Below are positions 51,801-60,808 of a stretch of DNA of 64,000 bases, piece by piece. The notes beneath the pieces were generated by a model. The model was not told the origin of the DNA. It did no database searches and saw nothing but the letters and a program-made list of their open reading frames with translations. Source of the DNA: an uncultured Bacillota bacterium (GTDB lineage: Bacteria > Bacillota > Dehalobacteriia > UBA4068); NCBI GenBank assembly GCA_934271085.1, contig CAKQQU010000001.1, forward strand, positions 9,818 to 73,817, in the 5' to 3' direction. Positions within the stretch are counted from its first letter, which is position 1. Every line of letters begins with the position of its first letter. Made by a program: the position numbers and the translations under genes.

Positions 51801-52085
51801 GTTATCCTCCTTTTTGCTGTGGGCTGTCAGACTGAGTGAGCTGTCTGCTTTCGAGCATTTTCCACAATGCATTATCTACATTTTAGCCTAGGGAATAGGG
51901 GTTGTCACTAGCACTTTTGCCAGTTTGTTCTTAACCCGGCTTTGCCCCATCCTTTGCCGCTGTAGACAGAGCCCAGGTGCGGCTATAGACAGGTATATAT
52001 GGGCCTATGTTATTTTATTGGCGCTGTCTTTGGTCGGTGTATGGCCTGAATAGACCAGGGGCGGAGGCAGGCTTAAATACGGTAA

Positions 52086-52125
52086 TAAAAAGAGCAAGCC
52101 GCAGCAGCCAGCTTGCTCTTTTTAT
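52086..52125 (-). terminator. rho-independent terminator downstream of the GRE-operon SDR gene
   Basis: AAAAAGAGCAAGC-CGCAGCAGCCAG-CTTGCTCTTTTT. Confidence 0.75.
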
Positions 52126-52148
52126 GTTCTTCTGTAAGCAGTTGCGTT

Positions 52149-52949
52149 TTATTTTTCGGGGTCGTAGGTGAAAACACGGGTGCAGGCCCAGCCGCCGTCT
52201 ACCAGGAAGGTCTGACCGGTGACGAATTTACCGGCTTCGCTGGCCAGGAAAAGGGCTATGCCCAGATAATCGTCAGTTTCGGACATTCTGCCCATGGGTA
52301 CCTGAGCGATAGCGGCATCCAGATAGGACTGGGGGCGCTGAGCCATCATGGGGGTGTTGATCCAGATGGGAGCGATACCGTTGACGGTGACGCCCTTGGG
52401 AGCCATTTCTACGGCAAAGAAACGGGTAGACTGCATAACGCCGGCTTTGCTCACTGCATAGGCCATAGCATCGTTGGCATTGACGGAGAAAGCATCGATG
52501 GAATTGTAATCGATGATGCGGCCCCAGCCATTCTTAACCATGACTTTACCGACTTCCTGATTGAGGAATATGGAGCCCAGCAGATTTGTCTCCAAAGTGC
52601 TTCTTAAGGTTTCTTCCCGGAATTTCAGGGTGTTTTCCACGAAGCAGTTAGCGGCAGTATGGATAAGTACGTCGATGCGGCCGTATCTTTTTTCTACCTC
52701 GGCTACCTTGGCAATGATATCGGCATGATCGGCAATATCCATCTGGATAGTATCAATAGTCAGGCCCTCGTCAGCCAGCATTTTTTTAACTTCTTCCAGT
52801 TGCTCGGCACGTCTGGTTGCCACAATGACTTTGGAGCCGTTTTTGGCAAAGCAGCGGGCATTGGCTTTGGCTACGCCGCCGCCGCCGGTGATCAGGACTA
52901 TTTTGCCGCTAACGTCAAACATGTTTTCGATCAGTTGCATATCTTTCAT
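52149..52949 (-). CDS. SDR-family NAD(P)-dependent oxidoreductase, last gene of the glycyl-radical-enzyme operon
   Basis: TGGGGVAKA Rossmann motif and YAVSK (YxxxK) catalytic motif. RBS GGAGGAAA, 23 nt after the activase stop. Confidence 0.8.
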   Translation of the reverse strand: MKDMQLIENMFDVSGKIVLITGGGGVAKANARCFAKNGSKVIVATRRAEQLEEVKKMLADEGLTIDTIQMDIADHADIIAKVAEVEKRYGRIDVLIHTAANCFVENTLKFREETLRSTLETNLLGSIFLNQEVGKVMVKNGWGRIIDYNSIDAFSVNANDAMAYAVSKAGVMQSTRFFAVEMAPKGVTVNGIAPIWINTPMMAQRPQSYLDAAIAQVPMGRMSETDDYLGIALFLASEAGKFVTGQTFLVDGGWACTRVFTYDPEK

Positions 52950-52972
52950 CGATGTTTCCTCCGTTTAAATTT

Positions 52973-53890
52973 TTATATTCCTTGGCCGATGATCTCAGCC
53001 TTGATACCATATTGGGCAAATGTATCTTTGATTTCCAGCAAACGCTGATCTGTGGGCGGAGCATATTCCTGTACATCTCTGTCCAGGGAGCGTAATTTGG
53101 ATATGCCCAGCTTGTGATAGGGTATCAGTACTACATCCCGTATGTCCAGCCCATCCAGAAAAACGGCTGTATCTTCTATGATGGCAGGCGTATCATTCAT
53201 ATCCTTAAGCAGCGGCATCCGGATCTGGATCTTCTCCCGTAAGCCGGGCTCTCCGGAAAGCTTACGTAAATTTTCCAGGATCAGGCTGTTGCTTTGTCCG
53301 GCATATCTGAGATGCACTTCATCATCCAGGGATTTGATGTCGTAGAGGATGATCTGAGCCTGTGAGGCTATTTCCCGCAAATCTTCATATTTGCAAAAAC
53401 CGCTGGTATCGATGGCTACACGTATGCCTGCCTTTTGACAGGCAGCCAGCATTTCCCGGGCAAACCGGGGATGCTGCATGATCTCGCCGCCGGAAAGGGT
53501 CACTCCTCCATTGGTCTTGTCATAAAACTCTTTATCCTGCAATACCTGCTCCATGATCTGCTCTATGGTCATATAATTGGCAGACCAGCGCAGGGCGCCG
53601 CTGTAACACTGCTCCACACAGGCCCCGCAATCGCAGCACTTGTCCCTGAGTATCATAATGGGTTTATCTTTTCCCGGCTGCAGGGCGCCGCTGGGGCAGG
53701 CTTCTATACAGGCTCCGCAGGAAATACAACGGTTTTGGCTGTAAAATAACTCCCTTTCTGCGAACATCATTTCCGGATTATGACACCATTTGCAGCGCAG
53801 AGGACAGCCTTTGATAAAAACGGAGGTGCGTATGCCCGGACCGTCGGAAGTGGAAAATTTTTGGATGCCGCCAATGAGGTACTTTTGCAT
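52973..53890 (-). CDS. glycyl-radical enzyme activating protein (radical SAM, PflA family with two auxiliary ferredoxin-like [4Fe-4S] clusters)
   Basis: CPLRCKWCHNP radical-SAM CxxxCxxC. Additional CISCGACIEACP and CCDCGACVEQC clusters, typical of activases of non-PFL glycyl radical enzymes. RBS AAAGGAG directly after the GRE stop. Confidence 0.85.
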   Translation of the reverse strand: MQKYLIGGIQKFSTSDGPGIRTSVFIKGCPLRCKWCHNPEMMFAERELFYSQNRCISCGACIEACPSGALQPGKDKPIMILRDKCCDCGACVEQCYSGALRWSANYMTIEQIMEQVLQDKEFYDKTNGGVTLSGGEIMQHPRFAREMLAACQKAGIRVAIDTSGFCKYEDLREIASQAQIILYDIKSLDDEVHLRYAGQSNSLILENLRKLSGEPGLREKIQIRMPLLKDMNDTPAIIEDTAVFLDGLDIRDVVLIPYHKLGISKLRSLDRDVQEYAPPTDQRLLEIKDTFAQYGIKAEIIGQGI

Positions 53891-53899
53891 ATGGCTCCT

Positions 53900-56275
53900 T
53901 TAGCAGCTGTGTGCTGTCCTTCTGATAATATCTTCCTGAACATTACGGTCCAGATCGGTGAAGAAGGCTAAATATCCGGCAACCCGCACTACCAGACCGC
54001 GGTAAGCTTCCGGATTATCCATGGCTTTGCGTAAAGTAGCATCATCCACCACATTGATCTGAATATGCTCGCCGTAATGATCGAAGAAGGTTTTGACCAC
54101 GCCCTCGATGATCTCGGTGCCCCTCTCGCCCTCCAGACCGTTGGGATCAAAACGCAGGTTGAACAGGGTTCCATCGAAGGTGTGGAGCTGATCGATATTG
54201 GATACGGATTTTACAGTAGCAGTGGGCCCGGAAATATCCCGTCCGCCGGCGGGAGAAGCATTGTCGCTTAAGGGATCGCCTGCCAGACGACCGTCGGGGG
54301 TAGCGCCGCAGAACTCGCCAAAGAGCAGATTGATGGTTTGGGAGAGATTGCTGACGCAGTATTGGCCGCCCCGGGAATCCCGGAACTGCTGTACATAATC
54401 ACTGCAGGAAACTATGATATCCCTGTAGACTTTATCTACGGAAGGATTGTCATTACCGAATTTATTGGGACGGTTGATAAGCAGCTGACGCAGGCGTTCT
54501 TCTCCATCGTAATTGCTGTCGAGAATGGAGATCAGCTTATCCATGGGCACATTATGGTTCTGGAATACTGCGTAATCCAGCGCTTCGATAGCGTCAGCCA
54601 AGCTGGCCGGGCAGCTGAAGAAGACGCCGGTGTAGTTATGATGGCAGCCGCCTTCCTGTACGGAGATGCCCTTATCTATGCAATCATCCATTATCAGGGA
54701 GGAAAAGATCACCGGCAGCTGTACCGCATGGAAGGGAACTACCCGGTTATAGGCAGAGATAAGCAGATCAAACATATGCTTAAGCTGGGCGATGACCGCA
54801 TCCAACACATCCTGTTTGCAGGTAAAGCTTGCAGGGTCGCCGGTTTCAATGCCGGAGCGCTCGCCGCTGACCGGATCTATGCCATTGTGAAGCACCAGTT
54901 CCAGGGCTTTCATGGCATTGATATAGCCGCCGATGGGGCTGGCATCGGTGCCGCCGCCGCCGGGATGAGGCTCTACGCAGCCCACTACGCTCCAATCGCG
55001 GCATTCTTCCAGGGTGCCGCCTTTGGCTAGGCAGATGGGGATAGCGGCCTTGTCGTTAAAGAAAGCGGGATTGCCGAAGCCGGTCTGCACCATGCGCACG
55101 CCCTTTTTAAACAGATCTTCCGGGGTGCCTTCGTGGATGCGCAGGCCTACTGCGGGCTGATGAAGCTGCACTTCGTTTTGGGCCTCCAGGCACAGATAAG
55201 TGAGATCGTTGGTAGCGTCGTTGCCGTCTTTGTCAACGCCGCCCACCATCAGGATCTGCCACAGGGGGTAACCGGCGAATTTTTTGGCGTCCTCATTGCT
55301 GCGGACGATCAAAAGCTCGCTGGTCTTGATGTAGAAACATTCTATAAGTTCCAGAGCGTCGTCGGGAGTGATAACGCCCTGCTGGATATCTTTTTGATAA
55401 TAAGGCAGCATATACTGGTCATAACGGCCGAAACCGTTGCCGGCGCCGTTGGATTCTACATGAACCAGTAATTGCATGAACCAGACGAACTGTACTGCCT
55501 GCCAGAAGGTCTGGGGGGTATGCTCGGGTACTACCCGGCAGTTGGCGGCGATAGTCAGCAGCTCGCCCCGGCGCTTTTCGTCATCGGTGGCAGCCGCCAT
55601 TTGCTCGGCCAGATCGGCATAGCGATGGGCATAACGGATTATAGCTTCGCATTCGATAATGCAGGCGTTCCAAAAGTCCAGCTTTTCCCGTTCTTCTTTG
55701 GTAACGCCGGCTGTTTCAGATATTTTTTGGCGGCAGCGGTCTATATAGCCGCTGAGGCCTTCTTTCATCAGACGGGCATGATTGGGCATGGTGCCGCTGG
55801 AAGGCATGGTACGGTTGCCAACGATAATCATCCCCAGACGGCGGGCCTGCTGCACATCATCAGGGAGTATGGCTTCGATATTGTGTTCGGAGCTTTTGCC
55901 GAACCACCATGGCAGGTTTTCTTCCAGCAGGGCACGGTTTTCCGCGTCCAGTTCAAAGGGGTCTGTGGTGCGGGTCTGGATATTGTCCAGATTTTCCAGC
56001 AGCCATTCGGCCCGCATATATTCCGGATGGAAGGATACACCCCGCTGCTTTTTGGCCTGGCTGCCGATTACCAGTTCGCCCGGAAAGATCGACAGATCCA
56101 TATGGTCAAGCACATAGGCAAAAACATGAGCCCTGAATAAGGCCGGCGCTTCGCCGGAATATTTGATATATGCGTCTTTGGCCAATACTACCCATTCTGC
56201 GCTGAGATTGGGCCTGGCATCCAGCATATTTTCTTTAAGCATTCTGACTCTGTCTCTCACAGTGCATCCCTCCAT
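53900..56275 (-). CDS. glycyl radical enzyme, eliminase/dehydratase class (single catalytic Cys in GCVEP loop; glycyl motif RVAGY); substrate unknown
   Basis: 791 aa PFL-fold protein. C-terminal VVRVAGYLAFF glycyl radical motif. Cys loop VVGCVEPHPGGGG with Glu at +2 (CutC/HypD/glycerol-dehydratase-like, not the PFL CC pair). Alternative GTG start at 56260 (VRDRVRMLKENML) after GGAGGG may be the true start. Confidence 0.85.
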   Translation of the reverse strand: MEGCTVRDRVRMLKENMLDARPNLSAEWVVLAKDAYIKYSGEAPALFRAHVFAYVLDHMDLSIFPGELVIGSQAKKQRGVSFHPEYMRAEWLLENLDNIQTRTTDPFELDAENRALLEENLPWWFGKSSEHNIEAILPDDVQQARRLGMIIVGNRTMPSSGTMPNHARLMKEGLSGYIDRCRQKISETAGVTKEEREKLDFWNACIIECEAIIRYAHRYADLAEQMAAATDDEKRRGELLTIAANCRVVPEHTPQTFWQAVQFVWFMQLLVHVESNGAGNGFGRYDQYMLPYYQKDIQQGVITPDDALELIECFYIKTSELLIVRSNEDAKKFAGYPLWQILMVGGVDKDGNDATNDLTYLCLEAQNEVQLHQPAVGLRIHEGTPEDLFKKGVRMVQTGFGNPAFFNDKAAIPICLAKGGTLEECRDWSVVGCVEPHPGGGGTDASPIGGYINAMKALELVLHNGIDPVSGERSGIETGDPASFTCKQDVLDAVIAQLKHMFDLLISAYNRVVPFHAVQLPVIFSSLIMDDCIDKGISVQEGGCHHNYTGVFFSCPASLADAIEALDYAVFQNHNVPMDKLISILDSNYDGEERLRQLLINRPNKFGNDNPSVDKVYRDIIVSCSDYVQQFRDSRGGQYCVSNLSQTINLLFGEFCGATPDGRLAGDPLSDNASPAGGRDISGPTATVKSVSNIDQLHTFDGTLFNLRFDPNGLEGERGTEIIEGVVKTFFDHYGEHIQINVVDDATLRKAMDNPEAYRGLVVRVAGYLAFFTDLDRNVQEDIIRRTAHSC

Positions 56276-56317
56276 CTTTGGATTTACTTGCTATGTACTG
56301 TAATGTTAAAGCAATAT

Positions 56318-56341
56318 CAATATTGCAATATCATTATAGCA
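56318..56341 (-). promoter_or_regulatory. extended -10 promoter (TGCTATAAT) for the GRE gene, with an adjacent 12-bp perfect palindrome ATATTGCAATAT (candidate operator)
   Basis: On the minus strand: CATGCTATAATGATATTGCAATATTGATATTGC. The palindrome is at 56320-56331 and the -10 at 56338-56333. Confidence 0.45.
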
Positions 56342-56401
56342 TGTTTTAAATAAATGTTGAGCAGATTAATAATATTTTGACAAAGTTATTGAGAATTCCT
56401 A

Positions 56402-57886
56402 CTATTTAGCTTCTGCTTCGGCAGCTTTTTTCTCGGCATTAATCTGAGATTTGGGGCAGCCGATACCGGTGAGGGCTGTGATCAGTCCAAACAGAGGAGT
56501 AAGGAAGCCCATGAAATAATACATGAAGAACTGGCTCATGGGAACGCCGAAGCACTGAACTACGAAAACGCCGGAAACGCCCCAGGGAACGATGGGCTGC
56601 TGGACGCAGGCTGCATCGGAAATGGTACGGGACAGAACAGCGCGGTCAACATCCAGCTCCTCGTATTTATCACCCAAAGCATTGCAGGGGATAACGCCGC
56701 CGATGAAAGGATCGCCGGTCATGAAGCTCATTACGGTGCTGGAAGTGAAGGTGGAAACGATCAGGCTGAAACGGCTGCGGATGATATTGGCAATACGGTT
56801 TACCATGATGACCAGAACCTTGGTACGACCCAATACTGCGCCGAAGGAGAGAGAGCAGATCAACATAGTCATGTTGTAAACCATGCTGGTCATGCCGCCG
56901 CGGTTGCAGATGGAATCGACAACAGCGGAACCGGATTCGATGCTGAAACCGCCGTAGAGGCAGCCCAGAACTCCACCCAGGCTGGCGCCCTGAGCAAATA
57001 CCGCTACCAGAATGGCAGAAACGGCGCTGAGGATCAGGGAATGGGTGGCAGGCATCTTCATGATAATGGTGATAGCCAGAACTACCAGGGGGATCAGCAT
57101 GGAAATATTAAAGTTGAAGGTGTTGGCCAAACCGTCAATAATGGCCTGGATCTGAGACATATCGGTGGTATGTCCGCTGAACTGGAAGCCCATGATCAGG
57201 AAGATGACAAAGGATACCAGCAAAGCAGGGCCGGAGGTGTAAAGCATATAATGGCAATGACGGTAAATATTGGTTTTGGATACGCCGGCGGCAAATACGG
57301 CATAGTCGGAAATGGGGGACTGTTTGTCGCCGAAGAAAGCGCCGCAGACGATAGCGCCTACAGTCATGCCCAGGGGTATACCCAGGCCCATGGCGATACC
57401 GATGAAGGCCACGCCCAGGGTGCCGCAGGTAGTCCAGGAGGAACCGGTGGCAGTAGACAGGATAGCGCAGATCAGAACTACAAAGGCCAGGAACCAGGTG
57501 GGACTGATCAGTTTCAGGCCAAGATATACCAGGTAAGGAATAGTACCGCTGGCCACCCAGGAGGCGATCAGGATACCGATAGACAACAGGATGAGGAAAG
57601 GAATGTCACCCATGGCTTTCAACATGGATTTCTCCAGATCTACCAGAGAAATATGCAGCACCAGGCGACCGTACAGGGTAACTACGATGACGGCGGCGAT
57701 CAGCGGTACATGAGCGGAGAGGCCCAGCCCCAGGATGCCGAACATCAGAATAGCAGCAGTCAGAAGAAAGACCACGATGGACATGCCCAGCGTGCCCTCT
57801 CGTTCAGGTTTTTTGATTTTTTGGGGCTTTTTTTCCTGAACTTCTTCTGCCGCTGCTTCAGCATTCAGTTCTTTGTTTTCTTCCAT
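56402..57886 (-). CDS. NhaC-family transporter (Na+/H+ antiporter / substrate:cation antiporter family), first gene of the GRE locus
   Basis: 494 aa, ~12 TM, NhaC/MleN-like sequence. RBS GAAGGGAG. Acidic N-terminal tail. Confidence 0.75.
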   Translation of the reverse strand: MEENKELNAEAAAEEVQEKKPQKIKKPEREGTLGMSIVVFLLTAAILMFGILGLGLSAHVPLIAAVIVVTLYGRLVLHISLVDLEKSMLKAMGDIPFLILLSIGILIASWVASGTIPYLVYLGLKLISPTWFLAFVVLICAILSTATGSSWTTCGTLGVAFIGIAMGLGIPLGMTVGAIVCGAFFGDKQSPISDYAVFAAGVSKTNIYRHCHYMLYTSGPALLVSFVIFLIMGFQFSGHTTDMSQIQAIIDGLANTFNFNISMLIPLVVLAITIIMKMPATHSLILSAVSAILVAVFAQGASLGGVLGCLYGGFSIESGSAVVDSICNRGGMTSMVYNMTMLICSLSFGAVLGRTKVLVIMVNRIANIIRSRFSLIVSTFTSSTVMSFMTGDPFIGGVIPCNALGDKYEELDVDRAVLSRTISDAACVQQPIVPWGVSGVFVVQCFGVPMSQFFMYYFMGFLTPLFGLITALTGIGCPKSQINAEKKAAEAEAK

Positions 57887-58049
57887 TAGAATACTCCCTT
57901 CGTAAAAATGATTTGAGAAATAAGTTCATAGCTGATTCAGCAAAACTCCCACTTGCTTTGCTGAATCCGGCCTATGCCAAGGGGATTTCTCCCAAAATTC
58001 AGAAGCATACACAAAATGTGTATTTTATCTGAAAGTTCTTAGCTATCAT

Positions 58050-58078
58050 ATAATAATAAAATTTCAGTAATGTGTCAA
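58050..58078 (-). promoter_or_regulatory. sigma-A type promoter for the NhaC transporter gene (TTGACA-N17-TATTAT)
   Basis: Minus-strand hexamers. A ~165-nt leader follows, containing a 17-bp palindrome ATACACAAAATGTGTAT (57999-58015) and a 10-bp-stem hairpin (57943-57975). Confidence 0.45.
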
Positions 58079-58158
58079 GTTAAAGCGCTTATTGTCGGAT
58101 AATATCATTAATTTGTTTGAAATATGCTATAATGATAAATGACGAGAAAGGATAAAAT

Positions 58159-58869
58159 ATGGAAAAGAAAAAACTGACAGAATCTGTATGCAAAATAATT
58201 GCCCGCATTCATACGGATTTTCCGGAAAAATTCGGGGTGCCGCGGCAAAGCGGACTGATAGATACTCTTTACGGAACGGTTACCTTTGAACCGGCCTACA
58301 GAGACCCGGCCGCAGTGCGGGGTCTGGATGAGTTTTCCCATATATGGCTGCTGTGGCAGTTCTCCCAATGCCTTAGGGAAGGTTGGTCGCCTACGGTTCG
58401 TCCGCCCCGGTTGGGCGGTAATACCAGGATGGGCGTTTTTGCCACCCGTTCTCCCTATCGCCCCAACGCTATCGGACTTTCCTGTGTTCGGCTGCTGAAG
58501 GTGGTTCCGGAAACTCCGGATGGGCCTTTGCTTTATGTTGCCGGCGCCGATCTGGTGGACGGTACGCCAATTTATGATATCAAGCCCTATCTTCCTTTTA
58601 CCGATAGTCATCCCGAGGCTGAAGGAGGCTTTGCCGAGCTGGTAAAGGATCATGCTTTGCAGGTGTTTTGCAGTGATGATCTGTTGGCTATGGTGCCGGA
58701 ATCCAGGCGCGCTTCGCTCCTGGCTGTGCTGGCTCATGATCCCCGGCCTGCTTATCACCATGATCCAGAGCGAATCTACGGTCTGGATTTTGCCGGAATG
58801 TCTGTGCGCTTTCAGGTAAAGGAGCAGAAGCTGACTGTAATAAGCCTGGAACAGGCTGCTGAAGATTAA
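58159..58869 (+). CDS. tsaA: tRNA (adenine37-N6)-methyltransferase TsaA/TrmO (YaeB family)
   Basis: YaeB-family sequence (GVPRQSGL, HIWLLW, PNAIGLS, GTPIYDIKPY). Promoter with extended -10 TGCTATAAT upstream. Confidence 0.8.
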   Translation: MEKKKLTESVCKIIARIHTDFPEKFGVPRQSGLIDTLYGTVTFEPAYRDPAAVRGLDEFSHIWLLWQFSQCLREGWSPTVRPPRLGGNTRMGVFATRSPYRPNAIGLSCVRLLKVVPETPDGPLLYVAGADLVDGTPIYDIKPYLPFTDSHPEAEGGFAELVKDHALQVFCSDDLLAMVPESRRASLLAVLAHDPRPAYHHDPERIYGLDFAGMSVRFQVKEQKLTVISLEQAAED

Positions 58870-58891
58870 TTGTTATGTGGGGAGGTGCCAT

Positions 58892-59737
58892 ATGGCTTTA
58901 AAGGAATTATCTGCTCAGGCACAGGAGGCGATACTGGCAGAGCAGCAGCGGGCATTTAGCCCTGAACTGGCTTTTTTGACGGGAGAAAGCGATACCGCCT
59001 TTTTCCCCGGCTGCTCCATGATGGCCCATGACGCAGCTTTGGTAATGCGGGTCTGGCGGTATCTGGCAACTATTTATCCCGGGCTGGCACTTTGTACTTG
59101 CTGCTGCGGCGGACATTCGGCCTATGTGGGCTTGGATAAGTACTTTGAGCGCAGCAGCCAGATAAGGCAAATGCTGGACAAAGGCGGAGTCAAAAGGCTG
59201 ATAGTCTGCTGCCCTAACTGCCGCGGGTTGTTCAGCCATTTCAAAGGGCTGGAGGTAATCACTGTCTGGCAGGTATTGGATGAGCATCCTCCCCGGTTTC
59301 AGTCTGTCCCGGCAGATATTCCCCGCTATTTTCTGCATGATCCCTGCCCGGCCAGGCAGGATACAGCTTCCCAGGATCAGGTGCGCCGTCTTTTGCAGCG
59401 AGCCGGCCTTCCTTATGAGGAAATGACCCTTTCCCGGCAAAAGACTGTTTGCTGCGGCCGTAAACATATACTGCATCTGCGGGATCCTCAGACCGCGGAA
59501 AAGCTGCGGCAGCTTTCCCTTTCCCAGTTAAAAGGCAGATATCTTATATGCTGGTGTTTTTCCTGTTGCGCCAGTTTCAGCCAGGCCGGCTGCCGCTGCT
59601 TGCATCCGCTGGAAATAGCTTTCCCCGACCCCCGGCATCCTTTTGAGCCCTTTTGCCGCAGCGAGGAGGAAGGCTGGCGGCAAAGGCAGTTGCTTTCCCT
59701 GCTGGCCGGAGATTTGTCTGATGGGGCGCAACTATGA
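58892..59737 (+). CDS. double CCG-domain cysteine-rich Fe-S protein (HdrB/LutA/GlpC-like)
   Basis: Two copies of C...CCG...CxxC (FPGCSMM..CTCCCGG..CCPNC and HDPCPA..VCCGRK..CWCFSCC). RBS GGGGAGGTG. Confidence 0.6.
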   Translation: MALKELSAQAQEAILAEQQRAFSPELAFLTGESDTAFFPGCSMMAHDAALVMRVWRYLATIYPGLALCTCCCGGHSAYVGLDKYFERSSQIRQMLDKGGVKRLIVCCPNCRGLFSHFKGLEVITVWQVLDEHPPRFQSVPADIPRYFLHDPCPARQDTASQDQVRRLLQRAGLPYEEMTLSRQKTVCCGRKHILHLRDPQTAEKLRQLSLSQLKGRYLICWCFSCCASFSQAGCRCLHPLEIAFPDPRHPFEPFCRSEEEGWRQRQLLSLLAGDLSDGAQL

Positions 59738-60588
59738 GCAGGGTACTGCGCTATCAGGTAGCAGATGCTGAAAAGGGTCTGCGTCTTGGCAGTTTTTTGC
59801 GGCGGCGTGGCTATGCTCAGGGATTGCTGGCTGCTTTGCGGCAAAGCGATGGGGTAAGGGTAAACGGCAGGCTCCGGTATATGCGGGATCAGGTGTATGG
59901 CGGCGATATAATACAGGTCTGCCTGCCTGAGGACAGGCCTTCTCTGCAGGCAAATCCGGGCCTGCAGGTTACGGTGCTGTATGAGGATGAGGATATTCTG
60001 CTGGTGGATAAGCCTGCCGGTATGCTGACTCATCCGGCAGGAGAAGGCTTTGATGACGCATTGGGCAATTTTTTCACCGCCCATTGTCCGGGGCTGAGCT
60101 TTCGCCCCATAGGCCGGCTGGATCGCAATACTACCGGTGTTTGCCTGCTGGCCAAAAACCGGTTTGCTGCCGGTATGCTCAGCGGTAAAACGGAAAAGAT
60201 TTATTATGCCGTGGCGGAAGGGATAATAAGACCGGAAAGCGGGATAATAGATCGTCCACTGATAGCTGAACCGGGCGGCAGTAATAAGCGGCTGGTGGAT
60301 CCCTTGGGGAAGCCCAGTATTACCCTTTATCAGGTGTTAAGAAGGCTGCCTGACCACACTTTTTTGCGTCTGCAGCCTGTTACCGGCCGTACCCATCAGC
60401 TACGCGCTCATCTTAGCTGGCTGGGATATCCGCTGGCGGGAGATGTTTTGTACGGCGGTTCCCTGGACTGTATAAACAGGCAGGCCCTTCACTGCGGATG
60501 TCTGCGTTTTGTTCATCCTGTTGATGGCAGGCAAATGGTAATAAATGCGCCTTTACCACCGGATATCTGCACCTTGCTTGGCTTATAG
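59734..60588 (+). CDS. RluA-family 23S rRNA/tRNA pseudouridine synthase (with N-terminal S4-like domain)
   Basis: GRLDRNTTG catalytic Asp motif. ATGA overlap with the upstream gene. Confidence 0.8.
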   Translation: MSRVLRYQVADAEKGLRLGSFLRRRGYAQGLLAALRQSDGVRVNGRLRYMRDQVYGGDIIQVCLPEDRPSLQANPGLQVTVLYEDEDILLVDKPAGMLTHPAGEGFDDALGNFFTAHCPGLSFRPIGRLDRNTTGVCLLAKNRFAAGMLSGKTEKIYYAVAEGIIRPESGIIDRPLIAEPGGSNKRLVDPLGKPSITLYQVLRRLPDHTFLRLQPVTGRTHQLRAHLSWLGYPLAGDVLYGGSLDCINRQALHCGCLRFVHPVDGRQMVINAPLPPDICTLLGL

Positions 60589-60685
60589 ATATTATCTATA
60601 TTAGCTTTTTATTTATTAATATTTACAATAGTCGAATATTGTAAAAACTATTGCAAACGGATTAAGCGCTTATTATAATAATTAA

Positions 60686-60808
60686 TGTGTTCAGGCCACA
60701 ATAAATTAGAATTTATCCTCTCCTTCTGGCAAGCAAGTAATTCTCAAATTTGCTGCAAAAAAGCAACAGGGCTTCTGTTCGTAGACAGAGGCTCTGTTGC
60801 TTTTTATT
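60686..60808 (+). ncRNA. candidate small RNA or transcription-attenuation leader: consensus promoter (TTGCAA-N17-TATAAT at 60651-60679) followed ~120 nt later by a strong intrinsic terminator
   Basis: Terminator hairpin GCAACAGGGCTTCTG...CAGAGGCTCTGTTGC followed by TTTTTATTATT (60760-60808). The transcript contains the CU-rich tract AUCCUCUCCUUCUGG. The only ORF here (67 aa) has no RBS. Confidence 0.3.

Noticed and set aside
51801-52085. Roughly 285-bp ORF-free region upstream of the large lipoprotein gene as a possible ncRNA
   Set aside because: No clear promoter or terminator pair and no recognisable motif. It is probably just a long promoter/5'UTR, and is mentioned only as unexplained sequence.
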